From Cyanophora paradoxa CCMP329 (lineage: Eukaryota > Plantae > Glaucophyta): 25,734 nt of DNA. Made by a program: the position numbers and the translations under genes. Each line of letters starts with the position of its first letter. Positions within the stretch are counted from its first letter, which is position 1. The DNA lies in assembly GCA_004431415.1 (NCBI GenBank), contig QPMI01000384.1, positions 1 to 25,734 on the forward strand, in the 5' to 3' direction. Positions 1-10,735 of the stretch are shown piece by piece. The notes under the pieces were generated by a model. That model saw only the letters and a program-made list of their open reading frames with translations. It was not told the origin of the DNA and searched no databases.

Positions 1-44
1 CCCGCACCCCCCGCCCCCCTCACCCGCCCCGCCCCGCCCCGCAG

Positions 45-250
45 TCCATCGTCATCTTCGTGCGCCGCGGCCGCGACCGCGGGCCCTCCTGGGCGGAGCC
101 GCCTGAGCGCGCTTCGCGCAGATCCTGGCGGGGGTGATGACGCTCTCCGCGCTGCTGCTGGTCATCAGTTCGAGCGTGACCGTGGCGCGGGACATCCGCG
201 CCGGGGCCCACCTCGGCTTCACCAACTTCTGCCGCGCCGCCGCCGCCTGA
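45..250 (+). CDS. 3' end of a sulfite exporter TauE/SafE-family membrane protein (partial; exons 45-59 and 122-250)
   Basis: Acceptor GCAG at 41-44, GT-AG intron 60-121, spliced frame SIVIF|ILAGVMTLSALLLVISSSVTVARDIRAGAHLGFTNFCRAAAA* with TGA at 248-250. A terminal TM helix followed by G-x-x-x-G-F-x-x-x-C resembles the C-terminus of eukaryotic TauE/SafE proteins (recognised from memory, not searched). Confidence 0.6.
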
Positions 251-345
251 CCCCGGCCCGCCCCGCCCCGCCCCGCCCCTCTGCGTCACTGGAGCGCCTC
301 GATCGTGTCGCGAGATGGAGAGAGGGAAAGCGGGGCTCGGGGGCC

Positions 346-2701
346 TCAGTAGTCAAAGGGGCAGGGGTCCTCCTCGGCGCCCCCTGGGGCGGGGGGCACG
401 GGGACCTCGAGGGCGGAGAAGCGCCTGCCGGGGGCGCGGAAGGCGAGGCGCATCTCGGCGAGCTCCTCCTCGAAGCGGCGCCGCGCGAGCGCCGGGTGCC
501 TCCCGCAGTACCGCAGCGAGAGCGCCTCCAGCTGCGTCAGCGCCAGCACTGCGCCCCGCTCCAGCCGCCGCCGCGCGGGGCCGGGCGGGCGGGGCGGGGG
601 GGCGGACGGTTGGTGGGGAGGAAGGTGCAGGCGTGGAGGGAGAGCTCGAGGGAGCGGAGGGCGGGGTACTTGCCGGCGACCATCCCCGCGATGAGGCGCG
701 TGCCGCCCGTGGCGTCGTGCGCCTCGTCGGGGGTCCCCACCGGCTGCTCCTGGTCCTCGAGGTTGTGCACCGTGAGGCGCAGCGACTCGAGGGCCGGCAG
801 CCGCGGCAGGGCGCCGACGAGGCGCTCCTCGGACTCGGGCCCGGCGGCGAGGAGCTGGACGGCGGGGTCGAAGAAGATGCCGTGGTAGCCGAAGGCGCGG
901 ATGCCCGGGTGGGAGAAGGCGGCAAGGGCCCGCGAGAGGCCCTCCAGGTCGCCCCCGAGGTCCCCCGTCGTCCGCCCCGGCTGGAAGTTGAGCAGCTCGA
1001 GGCGGGTAAGGCGGGGGAGGAGCTGGAGTGCGGCGAGGCCGCGCTCGGTGGGGAAGGCGTGGGCGAGGACGAGCGACTCGAGGCCCCGCAGGCCGCGTAC
1101 GACGACGTCGAGGAAGGCGTCCACGTCGACCCCGCCCCGCCCCGCCCCCGCCCGCCGCAGCGAGCCCAGCCGCAGCTCCCGCAGGCCCGACCACGCCGCC
1201 ACCAGCGGGCTCGAGTCCAGCTGCGGCGTCCACCCGTGCAGGTCGAACCCCTCGAGCTCCACCCGCCGCGCGCGGGCGGGGAAGGAGGCGGCGGCCTCGG
1301 CGGGGCGGAGGCTCCAGGTGCGCTGGGCGGCGCGCCCGGCGGGCCCGGGGCCGTCGGGGCGCGGGGGCGGGCGAGGAGGAGGAGGGAGGCGAGGGCGGGT
1401 GGCCGTGCAGCGGCCGCAGCTCCGCGTCCGAGAGCGCCTGCGCCGCCCCCGCTCGAGCGCCGCCGCGCGGGGCGGGGCGCGCGGGCGGGGCGGGGCGGAC
1501 GACGCCGGAGAGGTCGAGGTGCTCGAGGCGCGGCAGCTCCAGCGCCCGCCGCGCGTGCCGCTCCCGCAGCGCCCCGCCGCCCCCGCCAGCGACAGCCAGC
1601 GCAGCCCCGGCGCCGCCCCGGCAGCGCGTGCAGCAGGGCCACCGTCACCCCCGCGCCCCGCCCACGTCCAGCCGCTGCGCCCCAGCTCAGCGGGGCGGAG
1701 CGGCCCGGCGGGGCGGGCGAGGCGGGCCTCGAGGGTGGGCCCGAGGAGCTCGATCGCCTCGCAGATGCCGCCGTCGCTCAGGCGCCCCCCGCGCCCCGCG
1801 GCCCCGCCCCCGGCCCCGGCGAGCCCAGCGCCGACGCGGCGAGGGAGCGGGCGGAGACGGGGAGGAGAAGGGAGGGGCGAGGGGCGCGGGGAGGGCGGGG
1901 CGAGGGAGCGGGAGGAGGCGGGGCCGTCTGCCGGGGCGGGCAGGGAGCGGGAGGAGGCGAGCTCCGGGGCGGCCCCTCGGGGTGTCCTCGGAGGCGGCGC
2001 GGGGGCGGTCGGGGGCCGGGGGAAGCAGGCGGCGAGGAGGAGGAAGGCGGGGCGGGGAGGGCGCGGGGCCGGGCGTCGAGGGCGGCGCGGACGCGGCGGG
2101 CGACGCGCACGAGGCGGGCGTCGTCCACGGCGAGGCCCGCCATGTCCACGCCCCCGCACAGCGCCACCTCCACCGCAACCTCTGCCCCCGCCCTCAGCCC
2201 CGCGCGGCGGGGCGGGGCGGCCGGCGTGCGCGCCTCGGAACTGGCGGCAGACCCAGGCGGGCCCGCTGAGGACCTCCCGCGGGGTCTGGGCGGCCGGTCG
2301 GCGGCGGGGCGGGCGGGCGGGGCGCAACGGGGAGGCGGCCAGCGCACCATGTGCGAGAAGACGATGCGGAGGACGTCGCACGGGATCTCGAGCGGCGGCG
2401 CCCCGAGCGCCCCGAGCGCCCCGCGCCCGCCATCGGGCGCCTCGCGCAGGGCCGCCAGGAGCCGCTCCAGCCGCAGCACGTCGCCCAGCGCCGTCACGCC
2501 CAGCTGCGCCAGGTCCCCGCGCGAGAGGAGCGGCAGCACGTCTGCAAGACGTGCTGCGGTCAGGGGCGGCGCTCGCCGGCGTTCGTCGGGGCGATTCGAG
2601 TACGAACCGGGGCCTATCCTGTTCTTGAGGAACCCGTCCGCGTACCGCTGCAGTCCCTCGCGCGCAAGCCACGCGGCGACCTCGGCGGCCCCAGCGTCCA
2701 T
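346..2701 (-). CDS. SAM domain + F-box-like + leucine-rich repeat protein (multi-exon)
   Basis: Removing the in-frame GT-AG intron 2607-2542 gives VAAWLAREGLQRYADGFLKNRIGP|DVLPLLSRGDLAQLGVTALGDVLRL (SAM pattern). Then LEIPCDVLRIVFSH (F-box-like) and LRR units (GLRELRL, GLESLVL, RLTRLEL, ALESLRL, ALRSLEL, QLEALSL), ending CPFDY*. The internal exon structure from about 1300 to 2340 is not resolved. Confidence 0.7.
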
Positions 2702-3078
2702 GGCACAGGTTCGGTATCGCCTTCTGAAACGTTCGGCACAACTCTTTAAGCTGCGAGCCTAGGCCTGCGACGGCACACCTCGCCGCAGCGGTTCCGTTCT
2801 TTGTTTTCGGCGCAGTCGCGAACGTGAGTTTTCGTATCGACGGACTCAGGATCAGCTGGGCCACCTGTTCCCACTCGTTGCTGCAGCAAGCAGTGTTGTT
2901 TGAGAGGCAGTGGCAGCACTGGCAGGCACTGCTGCAGGAGCGTCGATTCGTGGTGGCCGGTCGGGTGGCTGACCGGCTTTCAGTCGCCCAACGCGGGGGC
3001 GGCTGCCCTCGACCTCCCTCTGCTCCGAAAGCGCTGATCACGATCATGGCGATGCGGAATCCGTGACCGGCCTGCCGC
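2702..3078. promoter_or_regulatory. Divergent (head-to-head) promoter region between the SAM/F-box gene and the pappalysin-like gene
   Basis: 377 nt of lower-GC DNA between oppositely oriented start codons at 2701 (-) and 3079 (+). No specific elements identified. Confidence 0.5.
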
Positions 3079-6000
3079 ATGGCCCGCTTCAAGAGCGCTC
3101 TGCACCCGGGCCACCTTCTGTTACTCCTTTTGTTCCTCGCGCCCTCGGTCTCGGCGGCTGTCCCGTGGGAGCAGCCGCCTCTGTACCGAGTCCTTCCAAT
3201 CGAGCCGGCAGCAGCGGGACCTGTCCGGCAAGCGCGCGCGGTGGGGGAGTCCGGATCTTGGGGAGCAACCGCTTCGCTCGAGCGGGATGATCACCGCTGG
3301 TGTGGTGCTGGTGAGCTGCTCGATGTTCAATTGGCTCTATGGCATTGTGCAACCGCGTCCCGTGCTCGCCCGCGGTGACTGACCGGTCGCGTGTGTGCGC
3401 AGCTGCGGGGAGGCGCGCGGTGGCTCGGAACTCGTCGGCGGCGGGCGGGGCCGCTCCGGGGATCGTGACGCTGAGCGTCTCTGGAGGCTCGTCGGCGAGC
3501 GCGCGGCTGGACAGCCGGCAGCCGGCGCCGCCGACGCCGCGGGGCAACCCCGACGCGGCGCGCTTCTTCTCGGCGCCGGCGTGCGGGCGGACGCTGTGCG
3601 ACGACCCGGCGCTGGTGCAGGCCTACGCCGCCGCTCTCTCCAGCGGCACCCTTGAGCAGATCGTCGTCGGCGCGCCCCGCCGGCCCCGCCCCGCAACCGT
3701 CCGCCCCCGCCCCGGCGCTGATCGCGGGGCGCAGAGTACGGCGTGAACGCGTTCGCGCGGGCGGACGGGTCGACGTACGACGGCCTCGAGGCCCGCACCG
3801 CCTTCCAGGCCCGCCCCGGCGCCGCGCGCCCCCCGCGCCGCGCGGCGGCGCTGAGGCTCGGGGCAGGAGGGGGTGCTGAACGCGGCGTACGGCCCCGGGC
3901 GGATGGCGTGGCGGGGCTCCCTCCGCCTGCGCAACTCGACGGCGCTCTTCCAGCGGCAGGTTCTCCAGACCTGCCCCGCCGCCTGGGTCGGCGACGGCAA
4001 CTGCGACGTCGACTGCGACTTCGAGGCCAACGGCTGGGACGGGGGCGACTGCGCCCAGAAGCACCCCGCCCCACCCGCCTGCGCGGTGCGCTACGCTGCC
4101 GGCAACGGGGTGTGCGAGGCGGAGTGCAACACGGCGGCGGCCGGCTGGGACGGGGGCGACTGCTGCGCCTCGCCCCTCGCCCGCACCTGCAAGGACCCCA
4201 AGTCCCCCAACCGCAGTTCGCGCCCCGCCCCGCCCCGGCCCGGCCCCCGCCCCGGCGTGGCCTGAGCGCGCGGGCAGGCTGGATGACGGGGGACGAGCTG
4301 AAGGAGGTCTTCGGGGAGGGCGGCGGCGCCCGCTTCAACTTCTTCATCGCGACGCCCCCCGCCGAGGCGCGCTCGGCGCTGGGCTACGGGGCGTTCCCGT
4401 GGGAGGAGGTGGGGAGCGCGCTGGCGTGGGCCTTCGCGGCGGGGGACGGGCGCTACGCGGGGGCCGTCATCCGGGACACCGCGTGGGGCGCCCTCGGCCC
4501 CTCCGCCGGCATGACCGCCGTCCACGAGGCCCGCGCCCCCGCCCCGCCCCGCCCCGGCCCGGCCCGCGGGGCGGGGCTGAGGCGGCGGCTCGGGACAGGT
4601 GGGCCACGCGCTGGGCCTCTGGCACACCTTCCGCGGCGTCGACGAGCTCGACGCCGACTGTGCGACGCCGCCCCGCTGCCCCCTCTCCACCGCCCCCCCG
4701 ACCGCCCCGCCGCGCAGTCTGCGCGGACGCGTGCAGCGAGGCCAAGGCGGGGGCCGACGGGTGGCGCACGGGCGACCTCTGCCCCGACACGCCCCCGACG
4801 CCCCTCAACTACCGCTGCGCCGAGCCCTCCTCCACCTCCTGCGACTCCCCCGCCAAGCGCCGGTCCGCCCTCGGGCGCACCTTCCGGGTTCGAGCCCACC
4901 CGACGCGGCGCGGGGGCCGCGTACAGGTGCCGGGACTGCGGGAACAGGGCGTTCGGGGCGACGCCCTTTAAGAACTTCATGTCCTACGCCCCCGACGCCT
5001 GTATGGCCGAGTTCACCACCCACCAGGCCCGCCCCGCCCCGTCCCGCCCCGCTCCGCCCCGCGCCCGGGGCGCGCTCTGAGGGGGCCTGCCGGCCGGCGC
5101 AGCTGGCGCGGGCGCGGTGCTACATCGACGCCTTCTACGCAGACGCGGCGCCGGCCTCGGCCGGCACCCCCTCGCAGCTCCTCCTGCCCCCGGGCGTCGC
5201 CTCGGTCGTGCCCGGGGCCATCGCCCTCTGGTGGGCGCCGCCGCTGCGGGCGGGGGCCGGGGGCGTGCAGGGCTACCACGTGGCGCGGGAGCCGCCCTTC
5301 GCCTCGGGCGCGCACGCGACGGTGGCGGCCGCCAACTTCACCGACCCCGACGTCCGCCCGGGCGTCCGCTACGCCTACCGCGTCCGCCCCTTCTCCCCGC
5401 CGGGCCCGCCCCCTCCTTCGGGCCCCGCGCTCCGTCACCGCCAGCCGTGCGCCCGCCACGAAGCCTGCGCGCCCCGCCCCGCGCCCGGCGCCGTCCGACG
5501 GGGCCGGGGCGGCAGAGTGCGAGCGGGGCCACGGGCTGGACGCGGGGCAGGCGTGCCGGGCGTGCGGGCGGGGACGTACGCGGGGGCCGGCTCCGTGTGC
5601 GCGCCGGCCCCGCCGGGGCCTTCGTCGCCGCGGCGCTCGCCTCGGAGGCCCTCCCCTGCCCCGCCGGCTCCTTCGCCCCCGCCCCCGGCTCCTCCGCCTG
5701 CACGCCCTGCCCCTCCGGCACCTCCACCCTCGCCGAGGGCGCCGCCAGCGCCGCCGCCTGCCTCCCCTGCGGGCCCCTCCCGCCCTCCCCGCCCTGCCTC
5801 CCCGGCCGCGAGCGCCCGGGGCCTCCGCGGGCGGCGTCTCGGCGGGGGTGGCGGCGGGGGCGGCGCTGGGGCCCTCGCGGGGGCGGCCCTGCTCGCGGCG
5901 CTCGCGGCGCTGGCGGTGCGGGCGCGGCGGCGGCGGGCGGCGGGGGCGGAGGGGACGCCCCGCCTCGTGGCTGTGGCGGAGCACGGGGCGCAGGAGCGGC

Positions 6001-7402
6001 GCGCCTCCGCCATCGAGGCCGCCGCCGCCATCCTCGCCGCCGCCGCCCGCAGGGAGAAGCCCCCCGGCGCGCACGCCCCGCGCCTCCTCGTCGGCTCGGC
6101 CGCCAAGGCGGCGGCGGCGGCGGGGTACGAGAGCCTGCGGACGGACTCTCCCGCCGACTCGCCGGCCGCCTCCCCGAACGTCTCGCTGCGGCGGCCGCAG
6201 GGCGGGGGCAAGCTGCTGCCGCCTTCGGGGGCGATGGATCTGGAGGGCGGGGCCGGGGGCGAGGACGGGTCCGAGTGGACCGAGGGGGAGACCACCACGG
6301 ACGGCTACCTCACCTCCTCCTCGGCCGCCCCGCACCCGCACCCGCACTTGGGCCCGGGCCCGCATCTCGCATCAGGGCGGGGCCCCGCGGCGCCCTCGCC
6401 GGCACCGCCGCGGCCCCGCTTCCGCAACGAGACGGTGCGCCGGCGCCCTCGCCGGCCCTGACGCGCCCGACGCGCCTGACGCCGCGGCGGTGCAGCTCGC
6501 CGTCTCGCCGGCCGCCGTCCACGAGTTCAGGGCTCGCCAGCTCGGCGTTCGGGCCCCCGCCGGCGTCCCCTCGCCCCGCCGCGCCCGCAACGCCCCGCCC
6601 CCGCCCCGCCCCCGCCGCCGCCGCCCGCGGAGGAGCAGGGGGCGTGGACGCCGGAGTCGTTCGGGGGTCGTCGACGCCCTCGTACGAGCCGGCCTCGAGC
6701 TCCTCCGCCACCGCCTCCCGGCCTCCGCCGGCCTCCCCGGCCCCGCCTCGCCCCCGGCCTTCGCCCGGGCCCCGCCCCGGCCCCGCCCCGCAGCCTTCGG
6801 CGACGTCCTCGCCGGGCCCGCCCCGCCGGCGCCGCGGCCGCCTGCGGAGCCGGGGCGGGGGCGTCGGAGGGCTCTGCGGGGGCCGCGGGGCGGCGGGGGC
6901 CGGCGTGGGCGGGGCCGCCTGGGACGAGGGCTCCGTCGCCTCCCTCGCCGCCGTCGGGCTCGACCTCGGCGCCTCCCTCCGCTCCCTCCCCGAGGAGGCC
7001 CCGGGCGGCCTCGCCGCCGTCGGCCGGCCCCGGCCCGCCGGCCCCGCGCTCCTCCGCGGCCCTCCTTCCGCGCCTTTCCGCGCGCCGGCCGAGGGCCCGG
7101 GGGCGCCCGCCCGCAGCTTCCGGCCTCGGCGGCGGGGCCCGACGAGGCCTCCTCGGACGAGGGGCGGCAGGAGGGCGCCATCGCCCCGCCCCGCGCCCCG
7201 CGCCCCGCCCCCTCGCCCGGCCCCCCGGGGGGACCCCCTCACCTCGCTGCTCGCCTCCGTGCCGGGGATCGGGCGGGCGGCGGAGGCCCCGGGCCCCTCG
7301 GTCGTCCAGCAGCTCCGCTCCCTCGAGGGCCGGCCCCGCCGCGAGGGCCCCGGCGCCGCACCCGCCCCCCGCCCGAACCCGCACTCTAGCCCCCGGCCGT
7401 AA
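3079..7402 (+). CDS. Pappalysin (PAPP-A)-like metzincin metalloprotease, peptidase M43, with signal peptide, two LNR repeats, FN3-like and Cys-rich repeats, TM helix and low-complexity tail
   Basis: Signal peptide (HLLLLLLFLAPSVSA). Spliced protein (introns 3311-3402, 3670-3734, 3809-3866, 4216-4277, 4529-4598, 4660-4717, 4863-4926, 5027-5102) contains PACGRTLCDD, two LNRs (CPAAWVGDGNCDVDCDFEANGWDGGDC; GNGVCEAECNTAAAGWDGGDCC), TCKDPKSPNRSWMTGDELK, zinc motif HE|VGHALGLWHTFRG, TGDLCPDT and Met-turn KNFMSYAPDACMAEFTTHQ|LARARCYID. Downstream are CPAGSF/CTPCPSGT repeats and the TM LAGAALLAALAALAV-RARRRR near 5870-5935. The 3' end at 7402 is less certain. Confidence 0.88.
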
Positions 7403-8400
7403 TCGCATCGCTCACGTATTCAGTCCCGCTTGCAATTGCATTCTCCTCGATCCTTCGCATTCTTCTCTTTTGCCTATTTATTCGTACATCTTATTCTCTT
7501 TCTATTGCTCTCTATCTTAATGCTATCCGATGATCGCCTGGCAGTTTTATTCGATATTTCGTACATGTAAATCGATGATCATGATTTACGTCGCTGCATG
7601 TCTGCTTCATGATCAGTCAATGAAATTCTTTCAGGAGCTCCGAGCCGCTGGGCCGGGCTGACGTTCAAGCTGCGATACCACTCACGTGACGCCCCCCCCT
7701 AACCCCACTCACCCCCTCTCACGCCGTGACGGGCCCTTTAGCCCTTGGTCACTGGCCCGGCGCCCATGGCATCGGATGCAATTTCTTGAACCTCTAGATC
7801 TGACTCAGTGACGCTCAGCAGCTAGGCATGCACAAGTACATGCCTTTGGACCAGCTGCAGGATGCCATTGGCATGATGCTCATTTGTTACGATTTCGAAT
7901 TCCGAAGCTCAGGACCAGAGCTTGAAGGCTGGCAATCTAAACTTGAAAGTCTTGAGCAACTGTGACACTGTCATAGTGTGACACCTCTGTGGTTCAGGGT
8001 TCAAATTCATGATCCCTGTACTGGCTGACTGGCTCATGATCAGCGGCTCTTTGAGGCTTCGTTCCGCCGAGCTCGAGGCCTGAAGTGCCAGGGCCCCTCG
8101 ATCGGCCGGGCGAGTTCCACGATCGCGAACCTCGCAGTCGACCCCCCCACCCTCATGGCCACGGCCTGGGCAGCGAACTTCGGACCCGGATGCGAAATTT
8201 CAATCAGACTCCGAGACTGGCAGGCCCCGAGGCCCTGATCGATATCGTGAGCCTCATGATGAGGGCCCCCGAAGGCTCGGATCCGGAGGACTTCTTTGAT
8301 TTCCTCCCGACTCCGCCCGGCAAGCCTGGAGGATCCGGTTCGATGGCCAATGACCCCAGTCCCCAGCTCGCCGCGGATCGAAGCGCGCCTCCCGCCTGCA
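7403..8400. other. Convergent intergenic spacer, lower GC, palindrome-dense; T/C-rich tract at about 7441-7520
   Basis: Sharp drop in GC after the stop at 7402, no credible ORF, many short palindromes (see findings). Confidence 0.7.
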
Positions 8401-8407
8401 GCCGCGG

Positions 8408-10283
8408 CTACGCCTCCTCGACGACGACGCGCGCGGAGGGGAGGGCCCGCGCCGTCGCCGCCGCCGCCCCCTCCCGCTCCGCAGGCGCCATGTCCGGCGC
8501 CACGCGCAGGCGCACCTGCGGGGTGTCAGCGTTGCCGGGGGGGCAGGGGACGGGGGGAGGGCGCGGGGCGGGCCTCGAGGTGCCGCGAGCAGGCGGCGAA
8601 GGCGGCGAGGCCCTCGAGCCGCCCCTCCCGCAGCGCCCCCGCCTCCACGCCGGCCCTCAGCACGAGGCGGCGGGGCGGGTGCGGGGCCAGCGCGGCGGCG
8701 ACCTCCGCGGGGCGCCCCGGCGCGAGGTCGACCTCCATATCCAGCTCGAGGCGCCCGCGTGCCGCGCCGGCGAGGGCTAGCAGCGCGGGGAGCACCCACG
8801 CCGGCAGCGCCAGGCCTGCCGCTCGTCGGTCACGAGGGGCGGGGGCGGGGCGGGCGGGGCGGGGGGCGGGGCGGGCACTGGAGCGGAGGGCGAGGTGGAG
8901 GTCGGGGGCGGCGGGGAGGGCGGCGGCGAGGGCGGAGAGGTGGAGGGGGAGGGGCCCGAAGCCCTCCCACCAGGCGGGGGCCTGGGGGTACACGTCCAGC
9001 GGCCCGAGGCTCCGCAGCGCCGGGCACTCGCGCAGCGCCGCCACGTCCTTCCCCCGCACATCGGCGTCGAACTGGGGGCCGGCGGCAGGTGAGGGGCCGG
9101 CCGCCTCCCGCGGGGCCGGGCGCGGCGGGGGTCGGGGGCGCACACCCTGAAGGGGCCGCGGAGGGCCTGAAGGGCGGGGAGGCGCGGGAGCAGGCGCAGG
9201 TCGGCGGCGGTGAGGCACTGGTTGTCGTGGATGCGGAGCCTGCGGGGGGTGGGCGGGGCGCGGGCGGGGGGGGGGCGGGGGGGGGGGCGGGGGCGCACTC
9301 CTTGAGGGAGGCGGGGAGGGCGAGGGGTCGGCGGCGAGGCCCTCGAGGAGGCCCGTCAGCAACCCCGCCTTCCTCAGCCCCAGGCACTCCAGCCCGGGGA
9401 GGGCCGTCGCCACGCCCCGCGCCGCCTCCGCCTCCCCCAGCGCAACATCCAACTGCCGCGCCCCTCGCCGCCCGGGGCGGGGCGGGGCGGGTGCGCGAGG
9501 GAGGGCGCCGGGGCGAGGGCGCACCCGCTTGAGGCGCGGGAGGCGGGCGCTGAGGACGGCGGCGGCGGGACGGTCGAGGGGCCAGCAGGCGGGGAGGGCG
9601 AGGCTCTCGATTGCCGAGAAGGGGCAGAGGAGGGGCGCGACGGCGGCGAGGAACTGGGCGGCCGGGCCCGAGGGGAGGGCGTCGACGGGGTACGGCGTGT
9701 CGCTCCGGACGGAGAGGGCGCGCAGGGCGGGGCAGTCGGCGGCGCCCGGCGGGAGGAGGGCGGCCAGCAGGCCGCCGAGCTCGCGCTCGAGGCCGGCGCT
9801 CGTCGCGAGGACCTCCGCGTCGACGCCGCGCAGGCCGCCGCTCGCCGCCGCGCACGCCGAGAGGAGCGGCGTGAGGCCGTCCGCGGCGACCCACGGGGCC
9901 CGCAGGCGGAGCGATGCGCCAGGGGCGACGCGGATCCACCGCCGGCGGCCGGTGCCCTCGAGGCCCTGGCCCGGCGCCCCCGCCAGCTGCCCGCAGAGCA
10001 GATCCGCGCTCCTCGCGCTCCGAACACCGACATCCAAAGCGTACCAGACGACCACCTCGGCGGCTTCGCGCAAGCGGCGGCAGACCGCGCGCGCGGCCGC
10101 CGCGTGCTGCAGCCCCAAGCACTCCAGAATCTGGGGCAGGATTTCGTCGGGCAGCTGGTCGAAGGAAAGCTGCTTCGCCGCTCCAGCTGTGGCGTCTCCT
10201 TCCGCTGATGATTCAGCTGTGCTGGCTCGGAGGTCGCTCGCGCTCACCGGCGGGTCCTTTCTCTTGCGCTCGCCGCCAGACAT
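8408..10283 (-). CDS. F-box / leucine-rich repeat protein (multi-exon)
   Basis: ATG at 10283 (MSGGERKRK); F-box FDQLPDEILPQILECLGLQHAAAARAVCRRLR; LRR units (CPALRALSV, AIESLAL, LPRLKR|LDV, LPGLECLGL, CPALRSL). The last exon after a GC-AG intron reads VRLRVAPD...SARVVVEEA* with TAG at 8410-8408. Confidence 0.8.
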
Positions 10284-10735
10284 CCCGTACGCGTACGCGA
10301 GGCGCTGCAATCAAGGCGCTGCTGTGTCACGCAAACAGACCGCCTAAGGAGCTGCTGCGGCCTCGGCTGCTGTGGGTGACCGCCGACGCGCCGTGATACC
10401 TGTAAGCAGCGCTAGCGCTAGCGCGCGACGCGCAACAGCAGCAACTGCCGGCCGCCGGCGCTTTCTACGGGTACGCGATGAGCAGTGAGGGGGGAGGGAG
10501 GGAGGGGGGAGGGGTCGGCGCAGGAAATTTGCTTCATGCGACTGCAGCCCCAGCGTAAATTAAACATGTACAGGGTTTGCACATAATTTACAGATGTACA
10601 GGTGCACACTGACATGCCGCGCCGGCGCCGGCGCGCGCCGTGCGCTGGTAGCGATGGATCCGTGGCCATGGAGCCGGCCCGCGGCCGAGGCCGGAGAGGC
10701 CGGGCCACAATCGCCGGCGCTGCCGGGCCGGGGGC

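Noticed and set aside
7693-7720. CCCTAA telomere-like sequence
   Set aside because: Single unit within C runs, no tandem array.
8085-8345. ORF start 8085 (MPGPLDRPGEFHDRE...) as a separate gene or transposon fragment
   Set aside because: GTG start, no recognisable motif, lies in the palindromic spacer and runs antisense into the F-box gene.
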